Below, piece by piece: positions 8,401 to 15,955 of a stretch of DNA of 28,916 nucleotides. Each line of letters starts with the position of its first letter. Position 1 is the first letter of the stretch. The DNA comes from Promethearchaeota archaeon (GTDB lineage Archaea > Asgardarchaeota > Lokiarchaeia > Sigyniarchaeales > SOKP01). The notes under the pieces are model-generated. The model saw only the letters and a list, made by a program, of their open reading frames with translations, was not told the DNA's origin and did not search any database. The stretch covers positions 1 through 28,916 of the forward strand of contig JAEOTS010000072.1 in NCBI GenBank assembly GCA_016839745.1. The letters are read 5' to 3'. Both the position numbers and the translations under genes were made by a program.

Positions 8401-8927
8401 TAGAAAGAGACATAAAGGCAGCTATTAAAACAGAAAAAAAATTGGAAACCACATATTTTGATAAGTTTCAAATAGTTCTTAAGGAATTAAATTCTAAAAT
8501 CAACCAAAAATTTAACTCCGCAAATATTAAAGCTTATTGTACTCTTGAGATAATAGGAAATTTTGAAGAATTGGGTATAGATATCAAGGCTGCGATCTCA
8601 AAAGACCAGTTAAAATCTTGTACAGCCTTAAGTGGTGGTCAAATTTCAATGATTTCAATTAGTTTAATCTTATCTCTTCAAGAAATTAAACCTTCGCCAT
8701 TATGTATGTTTGATGAAGCCGGAATGTTTTTGGACGATAAGAATTCAGAAGCTTCGTATCATATGATAAAATCTACTTTAGAAAACAACTCTATTCAATT
8801 ATTAATGTTTCTTCCAAAATCATCAAATGCGTTATATTCACTCGCAGACAAGTTAATTGGAGTTGCAAGAGTTGGCAAAAAAGAAGTATCTACCATATTT
8901 AAACCTAAAATTTTAAAAGAAAGATAA
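5436..8927 (+). CDS. smc: SMC family ATPase, non-canonical/SMC5/6-like (~1163 aa)
   Basis: The frame is open from 5436 and encodes LRKVILENFLSF and Walker A GPNWSGKT (5607-5630) upstream of the ORF-track start at 5730. It has Q-loop FVSQG, long coiled coils, hinge VKGPIIEYL...AIESVLG, signature LSGGQ and Walker B/D-loop CMFDEAGMFLD. The start codon is uncertain. Confidence 0.92.
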   Translation, partial: TATSSKRKVKEIIEKKPNENGIFLRKVILENFLSFQRDEVDFSIQENQDPPRFILIIGPNWSGKTSIFQAIKFALGSNERDERYKKWSDFIRNGQAHAMVELHIQYHGEILKVRRTVIRGKSPFFEIQLNHDQNFKKVHVNEIQKLITELEINPDNQFAFVSQGKIDAIKNLKPIELCSFLEEGIGLKGLREEILQQKKGVLSLDIEFQSLVTRKNTLNFNLDILAPKLERLNEKKKLLDIRNKYTDELLWANKDVLQKDIEKLELSFKESQNKINSITKETGKYRSLVKEKERIIIEIDNNLNNASKKTGELEYKKKELVEKIDAWQKEKIIAKQELDELSAKVSEIEKVVDKFNSQKQNLENEIKIVNRKKQSVKSDIDKSIKEQNDLIRMIKENEAFLEKYNNLTNEKEGYLRTIQENESKIENTNKDINDIFQSLMDIDHKLEKNKWFLENPSNDLLKQLDTDLKKVTVNLLNFGAEIEQLEYNKSKKMQKFKVLQTALRERKIVLSPNINVLKEEIKKRELEDRVKGPIIEYLKYDDELSYAIESVLGERLLNSFIASDWDTLNLLERLKKKYNAYCNIYIPKKVNVTPFPKISAAGVIGYLAELIKIIDDDVNVQKVIYSKIKNCLVVKDNLSAKELYKTRAFKGKCVTLQGKQIISYKYVYESPHIKRLKGLLSAGTQKEQSELVEKEIKSLNDKILELKVNQAKFEKLQGEIFRKKESFTDLLFNFKHKERLTSKKNQLYNQIYSLEQKNGEIKEDIKDLTKKIKDFESQKEPEFFDWNNRVKEIPNELNNLNNELKKWDKKLNDNLESLKEINDNINFNENNLSIVKLNYDAKKTDFQKSDKKAFEIYRKLENLEDEILSIKTKISKLQDRKVITQKEKREIDQAHIQVKLSLEQEIFKQSSIKHELGMKKEDLNRILSEIGQYIGEEKITVRPIEDINRDVLKIDKELLNYLDVDDSLLIEKEQMITGLKEITKNQKELERDIKAAIKTEKKLETTYFDKFQIVLKELNSKINQKFNSANIKAYCTLEIIGNFEELGIDIKAAISKDQLKSCTALSGGQISMISISLILSLQEIKPSPLCMFDEAGMFLDDKNSEASYHMIKSTLENNSIQLLMFLPKSSNALYSLADKLIGVARVGKKEVSTIFKPKILKER

Positions 8928-8929
8928 TT

Positions 8930-9577
8930 ATGGAAAATTTAGATTTTTCAGAGGAGATCAATAAAAAGATTGATATTATTAAAGATGATGTTCTTTCAGG
9001 TAAAATTAACTTATTGGAGCTCGAATTAAATCCAATTTTTCTCGATATTAAAGATTCACTTAGCATTTTCAACATTGAAAATTATTCACAAAGTTACATA
9101 AATGCATGCGAGCTACTAAACCGTAAATTTGAGGAATTAAGGAATTTACTTAGTTCTTTAGATATTGAAAAGAAATTTATGGATTTCTTAAAAGAGAGTC
9201 CAGCAGAAGAAGAAATAATTGAGATTTTTAATGGTTGCTGGAATTATAATTTTGAATTAGAAGCGCTATCTCTAAATTTTTTAGAATATGCCTCAAGTCG
9301 TTTCTGTAAAGAAAAGATAGTGGATTTAACGATTGAACACTTGAATAGAGAGAGAAGTGACTATCAATTTTTATTAGAAATCCCTAGGCTAATGTTTATG
9401 GAAAAAGTCAATACATTTTTTAATAAAATCAGAAATAAACTCCCATGCTATTTCGAAGATGTGTTTGAAAATGAGATAGAACAATTAATGATTTACGAAC
9501 AGTTCGTATATCTGTTGCACCTGCTTCAATTAGGGAAAATTAAATATCAAAAAGAGACAAATACATTATATGTGTGA
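8930..9577 (+). CDS. Kleisin-like subunit (ScpA/Nse4-like)
   Basis: Starts 2 nt after the smc stop. N-terminal helical region (INLLELELNPIF) and C-terminal winged-helix motif FEDVF...FVYLLHLLQLGKIKYQ, typical of kleisin C-termini. Confidence 0.75.
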   Translation: MENLDFSEEINKKIDIIKDDVLSGKINLLELELNPIFLDIKDSLSIFNIENYSQSYINACELLNRKFEELRNLLSSLDIEKKFMDFLKESPAEEEIIEIFNGCWNYNFELEALSLNFLEYASSRFCKEKIVDLTIEHLNRERSDYQFLLEIPRLMFMEKVNTFFNKIRNKLPCYFEDVFENEIEQLMIYEQFVYLLHLLQLGKIKYQKETNTLYV

Positions 9578-10106
9578 GGTTTTTGAAAGAATGAATGAAA
9601 TTTCAATTTTAATGCACTTACTTAGTAGAAAGAGAAATTCCTATCAAATAGGGGCTACTAAAAAAGAGATACTCGAGATTTTAAATGTTAAAAATAAGAA
9701 CAAATCGATTCATTTCCAAAATTTGATTGCTGGATTATCTAATTACCTTATTCCACTGGGACTTCAAGTAAAATTCAATTCGCTAAATTCACACTGGTAT
9801 ATAAATTACGATAGTGAGGTCACAGAATTGGTTTCTGCTAATCCTTTTGAGGGAAAACCTAGTTTAGCAGCAACTTTATTATGTGCACTAACTTCTTGTC
9901 TTAAGAATTCTGGTTCTTCTTCAATTCAGGAAATCAAAAAATTAAGAAGCAAAAAAGAGATAACAGATGATTTAAAGGAGCTGGAAAAGGAAGGTTACTT
10001 AGTAATAGATAAAACGACTAACCAAGTTCAACTCACACCTCTAATTGGATATAAATTAGATTTACATAAATTGTTGGTAAAATTATCTTTAAAATTAGAA
10101 GAATAA
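9570..10106 (+). CDS. KITE-like tandem winged-helix subunit (ScpB/Nse1/Nse3-like)
   Basis: Overlaps the kleisin stop by 8 nt (alternative ATG at 9591). Two WH-like halves: ...LSNYLIPLGLQVKF...WYI, and AATLLCAL...DDLKELEKEGYL...VQLTP. Confidence 0.7.
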   Translation: MCEVFERMNEISILMHLLSRKRNSYQIGATKKEILEILNVKNKNKSIHFQNLIAGLSNYLIPLGLQVKFNSLNSHWYINYDSEVTELVSANPFEGKPSLAATLLCALTSCLKNSGSSSIQEIKKLRSKKEITDDLKELEKEGYLVIDKTTNQVQLTPLIGYKLDLHKLLVKLSLKLEE

Positions 10107-10130
10107 GAGAAATAAGGATTATTTTCGTTT

Positions 10131-10766
10131 TTAACGATTAACTGTAATGCCTAATATCATTTCTGCAACGTTGTTATTATATTCTTCCACTTCAGCAAAA
10201 TCCTTTACAATTTCACCACAAGTTATGAAATAGTCAATAACTGAAATTTTCCTTTGATTGAAGAAGGCATCAATTTTATTTTTTATTTCTTCCAATTTCT
10301 TATCCTTGTCCCCTTCAATTAAATCGATTTTATTTATGCAAACATATATTTTATCGGGAAAAAAGCGAACATCGTTGAAAAATTCAAACTGTCGTTTTAA
10401 TTCACGATCTAAAGAAACTACTGCTATGATTTGTGTAGCTATTCTGCTTATAGTAATAATTCCCATTTTTACTACCGCTCTTCGTCGGTCCCCCCCAGGT
10501 GCAAAGATAGTGTGAGCTTTTCCGGTACTATCTTCTCTAAATACAACTCGATTTGGATGAATTGTTTTAGTTTCTTTTTGGTTAAGAGAATCTTCTTTAT
10601 CTCCTCCAGGAACCGTTGCTTCACCGGAAAAATCAGTTTTAACAACGGTACATTTTTTACCTCCTTTTACCTTTTCTATGTCTCCTACTTTTAGATATCT
10701 TACAAAAAGACGGAGAATGCTCGTTTTACCAGCGCTTATATCTCCAAGTAATCCAATATTCACCAT
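10131..10766 (-). CDS. Small Ras-superfamily GTPase, MglA/Rup-like
   Basis: G1 GDISAGKT, G2 Thr (TKTIHP), G3 region FAPGG, G4 NKID, G5-like TCG. Confidence 0.85.
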   Translation of the reverse strand: MVNIGLLGDISAGKTSILRLFVRYLKVGDIEKVKGGKKCTVVKTDFSGEATVPGGDKEDSLNQKETKTIHPNRVVFREDSTGKAHTIFAPGGDRRRAVVKMGIITISRIATQIIAVVSLDRELKRQFEFFNDVRFFPDKIYVCINKIDLIEGDKDKKLEEIKNKIDAFFNQRKISVIDYFITCGEIVKDFAEVEEYNNNVAEMILGITVNR

Positions 10767-10767
10767 A

Positions 10768-11583
10768 TTAAAGCTCCTCCGATTCTAATAGTTTATTTAA
10801 TAAGAGTTCGTAATCCTCAATTAAATACTGTCCTAGATAAGCGTTATTATGCGATTCGATGAGAGCGATTAAGACTTCTTTTAAATTTTTAGCATTAGTC
10901 GCATACTTTTGCAGGTTATCTGATGTTGGTTCAGCATCAATTTCTCTTGCTTTTTCTTCAAATCCAAAATTAGCCCGATCAGGCAATGCATCAAAAAATC
11001 CAAAAGCGGAGTATCCTTGATATTGAAAAAACACGAAAAATCTCGTTTTTATGTTAGAAATAACTTTTGTTAAATAAGCCGAAGGATAAATCTCCCCCAA
11101 TATGAGTTCGTCATCTTGTTCAATTACAAAATAGGGAGATATTGGAGAAGACTGGCTTCCATACATTTCTTTTGGAGGGAGCGAAATAAATGGTAATTTT
11201 TCCGAAACAATAGTCCACAGATCTTCCCGCTTCTTTTCTAATAATATGTCCTTGATTTCATCGTAAGCAAAGAAAAAATCTGCCTGTAACGCAAGCAATG
11301 AACTTAGATAAACTGAAAGAGAAGCAAATGTAGCTTCTAACAGAGGTCTTCTACCCTCATCAGAATTAGTAGGTTTTACCGCACCTTTCCACGCTCGAAG
11401 CCCCGTGTATACAAATCCTTTTACATCGAAGAAACTTCCAGAAAGAAAAATAAACGAAGGAGGGGCCCCTTTCTGTTCTGTTAAGAGAGTTCTCGATTTA
11501 TTTATGAGTATATCCTCTAAATTTTTATCGTTAAACTTTGAATGAATGACAGGCATCATTAAAATTTTTTTCTTCTTAGCCAA
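10768..11583 (-). CDS. Hypothetical protein coupled to the GTPase gene (possible longin/roadblock-like fold)
   Basis: 271-aa ORF with a TTG start preceded by GGAG; its stop is 1 nt before the GTPase ATG. The fold guess comes from the hydrophobicity pattern only. Confidence 0.7.
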   Translation of the reverse strand: MAKKKKILMMPVIHSKFNDKNLEDILINKSRTLLTEQKGAPPSFIFLSGSFFDVKGFVYTGLRAWKGAVKPTNSDEGRRPLLEATFASLSVYLSSLLALQADFFFAYDEIKDILLEKKREDLWTIVSEKLPFISLPPKEMYGSQSSPISPYFVIEQDDELILGEIYPSAYLTKVISNIKTRFFVFFQYQGYSAFGFFDALPDRANFGFEEKAREIDAEPTSDNLQKYATNAKNLKEVLIALIESHNNAYLGQYLIEDYELLLNKLLESEEL

Positions 11584-11726
11584 TGTTCATACGCTCCAAA
11601 TTAATAATTAAAATTAATATGAAAGTTTGTATAATTAATTCTTTGTATTTTAATTAATCAATATAATATCTTTATATAATAAATACTATTCAAACTTTAT
11701 CAAATCCACATTTCTTCTTAAAAGGA

Positions 11727-12335
11727 TTAGTTTTCACAAGCCAATAATTCTCGGATTTTTGTGGTAATTAAATCATAATCTTCAATTGAGCTTAAATTTG
11801 AGATGCTAATGTATTCAATTTTATCAACATTCTTAAACCGATAACTAATACTCAAATTAGGGTTATTTTCTTTTATTTTTATTAGAGCTCCCTTGAGAAA
11901 AATGTTAATAAAATTTCCAGAAGTCTCTTGTATCCCTCTTTTTTCAGGATCAATAAACTTTATCTCGACTTTTTTAAAATCGTAGAGGTTAAGAACACAT
12001 AATAGATTTTCTTCTTCTTGATTTTGATTTGAAAAGATTTTTCGTTTAATATTAGTTCCCTTAAAAGCTTCTTCAGAGATTTCTTCGTTAAAATATTCGT
12101 CTATAGATTTACTTTCTTGAGAATGCGATTTTGAATATAACTCGTCTGCACTAGAGAATGATTGATTCGAAATTAACGAGTTTATATTAGTTAAAACGGA
12201 CTGTATTTCAGAGATTTCTAATTTTAAATCGTCCAGTTGTTCTTTTTTTTTGTAGTATAGGTTCTGAACTATTGAAAGTATCCGTGTTAATTTTTCCGTT
12301 TCGTTTTCTTTATTGTTCGATTCCATTGACTTCAA
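11727..12335 (-). CDS. Hypothetical protein with N-terminal coiled coil
   Basis: 202-aa ORF filling the gap, with heptad-like KKEQLDDLKLEISEIQSVLTNINSLI. Confidence 0.7.
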   Translation of the reverse strand: MKSMESNNKENETEKLTRILSIVQNLYYKKKEQLDDLKLEISEIQSVLTNINSLISNQSFSSADELYSKSHSQESKSIDEYFNEEISEEAFKGTNIKRKIFSNQNQEEENLLCVLNLYDFKKVEIKFIDPEKRGIQETSGNFINIFLKGALIKIKENNPNLSISYRFKNVDKIEYISISNLSSIEDYDLITTKIRELLACEN

Positions 12336-12399
12336 TATATTTTTAAAAAACTTAAATTTATTTATTAAGTGTTAGTTGAATTATGTAATTTATTCATGA

Positions 12400-13278
12400 G
12401 TGAATAGCATGCCATCTATGATAATTACGCCCAAACCAGACGATTCTGAAGTTCACACTTTAACTAAAGAGTTTGAATCTAGAGGATATGAGGTAGAATA
12501 TTTTATCCCGTCAACAATTATAGTGAAGATTAGTATCAACCAATTTCAAAAACAGTTTGAAAATCTTGATCCATATGGAGCCCTTGTTAGAGGCTTTGGA
12601 GCCGCACCAACTCAAAAGATTTTCTTTAGACTTGATTTACTCAACGCAATCGAAGAGTATGGAATTAGATTAATTAATTCGAGAGAATCCTTGGAGATAG
12701 CAAGTGATAAATTTCTTACATCAATTTATCTAGAAAAGCATAACATCCCAACACCAAGAACAATAATATGTGAAAATCCTAATGACGCTTTAGATTCCTT
12801 TGAAGAACTTGGTGGAGATATTGTACTTAAACCTTTATATGGTTCTAAAGGTGTTGGAATTACTAGAATAAACGATAAGGGTTTTGCAGAAAATGTATTT
12901 TATACTTTAAGTCAATTAAACGAAATTTTTTATCTACAAGAGTTTGTTGAACATTCTAATCGAGACATTAGAATTTTAGTTTTGGGAAATAAAGCGGTGG
13001 CCGGAATGTATAGAGTAAGTGATAATTGGAAAACAAATGTTTACGCCGGAGCAAGAACTGAGCCTTTAGAGCTTTCAGAGGAGTTAACAAATCTCGCAAT
13101 AAAAGCAGCAAAAATAACGAAGACAGAAATAGCTGGTGTTGACATTGTAGAAACCGAGAAAGGTCTGCAAGTTTTGGAAGTAAATTCCATCCCGGGATTT
13201 ACAGCCCTTCAAAAAGTGACAGAAATCAATTTAGCTGAAGAAATCGTATCGTATTTTTTAAAAAATGCAAAAATCTAG
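12400..13278 (+). CDS. RimK-family ATP-grasp alpha-L-glutamate ligase (MptN/CofF-like)
   Basis: ASDKF, IPTPRT, VLKPLYGSKGVGI, YLQEFV, RDIRILV, WKTNV..GA, GVDIV and LEVNSIPGF motifs. Confidence 0.9.
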   Translation: MNSMPSMIITPKPDDSEVHTLTKEFESRGYEVEYFIPSTIIVKISINQFQKQFENLDPYGALVRGFGAAPTQKIFFRLDLLNAIEEYGIRLINSRESLEIASDKFLTSIYLEKHNIPTPRTIICENPNDALDSFEELGGDIVLKPLYGSKGVGITRINDKGFAENVFYTLSQLNEIFYLQEFVEHSNRDIRILVLGNKAVAGMYRVSDNWKTNVYAGARTEPLELSEELTNLAIKAAKITKTEIAGVDIVETEKGLQVLEVNSIPGFTALQKVTEINLAEEIVSYFLKNAKI

Positions 13279-13329
13279 TTTTGGTATAATAAAAAAGAAA
13301 AAAATATGATTTTGGAATTTATTTTGGAG

Positions 13330-13674
13330 TTATAATTCTTCAATTAAACCAATTAGAGCAGCGATAACAAGTAATACGCAAGCCCAAATACCCGCATTAA
13401 ATATCACTAGTAATATCCCAAGGATTAATAGTACAAGCCAATGAAATGGAAGCGGTCTATCCGGTTTTAATCCTACTAAAAATGTTAATATAACTACAAC
13501 AAGTCCTATAATTAAACTAATGATTATATCTAGGAGTTGGATGTTGACTATGATAGGTACAAAACTATACCCTACTAAACCAGCAAATCCACTAATAATA
13601 TAGACTAATCCTACTACTGCTCCTAGTACCGTCAAAACTTTCATTATTCCTTCATTTTTATAATGTTTAGTCAT
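13330..13674 (-). CDS. Small integral membrane protein
   Basis: 114 aa, almost entirely hydrophobic, about 4 TM segments. Confidence 0.75.
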   Translation of the reverse strand: MTKHYKNEGIMKVLTVLGAVVGLVYIISGFAGLVGYSFVPIIVNIQLLDIIISLIIGLVVVILTFLVGLKPDRPLPFHWLVLLILGILLVIFNAGIWACVLLVIAALIGLIEEL

Positions 13675-13900
13675 TATACATCACTTCTTTTAGTTTACGA
13701 AATTTTAATAATTGTAATTAAGTAAATAACCAATAAAAGGATTTAATATTTTCATTTTAGAAATATCAATTATGTAATTATTAATGATATTTTTCTTAAC
13801 TAGTTTTAATATAAATTTTAAATCTTATTAAATCCAGAACTTTGAAGGTATTATCCAGATATTTCTCCATTTTTAATTACAGAGAATTTGAGAAATCTAT

Positions 13901-14071
13901 GTGATTGAGGATAAAATAGTAAAATATAAAGAAAATCTAACTTTAGCTCATAAATTAGCTAAGAATCAATACGCTGATCACGATTACTATGATAAGATGG
14001 TTAGTAGATTTGAAAAAATGTTAATTTTTTATGAAAATTTGAAAGTTTGGAAAGATAATTCAGAGAAATGA
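13901..14071 (+). CDS. Putative small 56-aa helical protein missed by the ORF track
   Basis: GTG...TGA encodes MIEDKIVKYKENLTLAHKLAKNQYADHDYYDKMVSRFEKMLIFYENLKVWKDNSEK. It fills a 440-nt gap and is followed by T-runs. Confidence 0.55.
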   Translation: MIEDKIVKYKENLTLAHKLAKNQYADHDYYDKMVSRFEKMLIFYENLKVWKDNSEK

Positions 14072-14115
14072 ATTTCTAGGCTTTTTTAACTTTAATTTAC
14101 AGACTCCATTTCAAC

Positions 14116-14718
14116 CTAACATTCTAATAAATTCAAGCTAAATTCTAATTTTAGTATTTTAAATATCTTTGGCATTGGTAAACCAGCAATATTTGAAGGA
14201 GAACCTCGAATTTCTTTAATGAATAAACTAGCTTTATCTTTAATAGAATATGCACCTGCTCTACCTTTCCAATCACCAGTTTTAATATATTCACGAATTT
14301 CATCATCAGATAAGTATAGAAAAGTAACAATAGTGATATCGTAATCAACTATAACTTTAGGATCATCTATTTCTGTTATTGTGATACCTGTGATAACATT
14401 ATGAGAACGATTGGATAGAGTCTTTAGCATTTTAAATGCTTCTGCTTCATTTTGAGCTTTTCCAATAATTTTACCTTTTAATTCTACAATTGTATCTGCA
14501 GCAATGATGACAGTTCCTTTCACTTCACTTTTTAACATTTCTTTTGCTTTCAATGCTTTTGCCTTAGCTAATTCTTTAACCAACACAATTGGGTCATAGT
14601 ATTGATCTTTGTAATCTCTCTCGTTAATGTGGGTATTGAGAGTTTCAAACGAAATATTTAGGCTATTAAATATTTTTGATCGATCAGTGGATTTTGATGC
14701 TAATACGATTTTTTTCAT
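14116..14718 (-). CDS. maf: Maf family nucleoside triphosphate pyrophosphatase
   Basis: IVLAS.S..R, LAKAKA, IIAADTIV, IIGK, AGAYSI and NIAGLP motifs. Confidence 0.92.
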   Translation of the reverse strand: MKKIVLASKSTDRSKIFNSLNISFETLNTHINERDYKDQYYDPIVLVKELAKAKALKAKEMLKSEVKGTVIIAADTIVELKGKIIGKAQNEAEAFKMLKTLSNRSHNVITGITITEIDDPKVIVDYDITIVTFLYLSDDEIREYIKTGDWKGRAGAYSIKDKASLFIKEIRGSPSNIAGLPMPKIFKILKLEFSLNLLEC

Positions 14719-14801
14719 AGTTGCAATTGCAAAATAGTTTATTTAAAGAATGAAACCACTATCATTAATATAACAAATTAATTAATATATTTGAACTATA
14801 C

Positions 14802-15908
14802 ATGACAGAGTTTCTATCTTGGTTTTTTTTAATGGTTTTTTCTTATTTAGTTGTGTTATTTTGCTATATGCATTTTTCATATAAAAAAGAAGTGCTTAAT
14901 AATATTTTAGGGTTTAGTGCTTTATTTATAACATTCTTTGTTATTATTATTGTCGTAATTTTAATGTTTCAGGATACAACGCTATATTCCTCTACGATAC
15001 CAATCTTTTCTCTTTCCTTTGGGCTTCCATTAATTATTGTTGGAGCGATAGTCTTGATCTCATCAATCCTACTATTTTTATATAAAAAAATTTTTAAGAA
15101 CAAGGGTTTATCAAATTTCTGGAACTCGTTAGAGGAAAAATCAAATAAGAGAAGTAAATTAAGAGGAGATACATATAGAAAAATCCCTCATGTTCTGATT
15201 TTTATTGGTTTACTTTTCATTTGGTATTTAGGAGTTATTATTGTGAGGGATTTATTAGGTTCAATTAGCGGGATGATTCCAGAAGAAAATAACATGTTTC
15301 TGTTGTTTTTAACGATAATAACGGAACCAGATAGTATTTCTGTTGTTTTATTTTCGTTAGGGTGGTTTTATTATCTCTTATTTTTCTTTTTCTATGGGTT
15401 TTGCATTATTATATTGGCAAATGAGTTTACAAGAAAAGCTAAGAAGCTAGGGTTTCCCTTTAATTTTCTCTGCAAGATTCTACTGTGTGAAGAGGAAAAA
15501 AAAAGTTATGGCACTTATCTCTTTTTTGCAATCGGTCAAATGGTTGCTGCCTTACTTACGCCACCAATGGTGTTTTTAACGATTTTAGGGATGAGTTCTC
15601 TCGCAGATTTAGCAACCAGTCAAGTAGGGATAAGATACGGAAGGAATAAAATCAAATGGAATAACGAAAAATCTTGGCAAGGAAGCATAGCTGGAATAAT
15701 TGTGTGTTTTATTCTATGTTCATTGTTTATTGGTATTTACTGGGCTATAATTTTCACTTTTGCCTTCTTCATTTTTGATGTTTTTACGAACAAACCTCTC
15801 AATATATCAGATAATTTATTAATCCCGTTTGGCAGTAGCCTAATATTTGTGTTTATACGGTTTTTTTTTAATTTTGATTATTATACAATTATTTTAACAT
15901 GGTTTTGA
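14802..15908 (+). CDS. CTP-dependent polyprenol/dolichol/phytol kinase family membrane protein (Sec59/Dgk1-like)
   Basis: Multi-TM protein with RKIPH, ADLATSQVGIRYG, KSWQGS and SDNLLIP motifs. Confidence 0.82.
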   Translation: MTEFLSWFFLMVFSYLVVLFCYMHFSYKKEVLNNILGFSALFITFFVIIIVVILMFQDTTLYSSTIPIFSLSFGLPLIIVGAIVLISSILLFLYKKIFKNKGLSNFWNSLEEKSNKRSKLRGDTYRKIPHVLIFIGLLFIWYLGVIIVRDLLGSISGMIPEENNMFLLFLTIITEPDSISVVLFSLGWFYYLLFFFFYGFCIIILANEFTRKAKKLGFPFNFLCKILLCEEEKKSYGTYLFFAIGQMVAALLTPPMVFLTILGMSSLADLATSQVGIRYGRNKIKWNNEKSWQGSIAGIIVCFILCSLFIGIYWAIIFTFAFFIFDVFTNKPLNISDNLLIPFGSSLIFVFIRFFFNFDYYTIILTWF

Positions 15909-15955
15909 TTATAGATATAGATTTTTAAAAAATTACTCAACTTCTATGATTAAAA

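Noticed and set aside
6000-8500. Apparent low-complexity A-rich repeats
   Set aside because: Explained by Lys/Glu/Asn-rich coiled-coil codons; no true tandem DNA repeat was seen.
5436-8927. Rad50/SbcC, or an SMC pseudogene
   Set aside because: It has a globular hinge with no CxxC zinc hook and no adjacent Mre11. The frame is intact for more than 1160 codons with all ATPase motifs; only the start is anomalous.
4137-10106. Wadjet (JetABCD/MksBEFG) defence system
   Set aside because: There is no Toprim JetD nuclease, the gene order differs, and the kleisin is short and ScpA/Nse4-like rather than JetA/MukF-like.
11600-11726. Short direct repeats (TTTGTAT..TAATTAAT) upstream of the GTPase operon
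   Set aside because: Short, imperfect and expected by chance in very AT-rich intergenic DNA.
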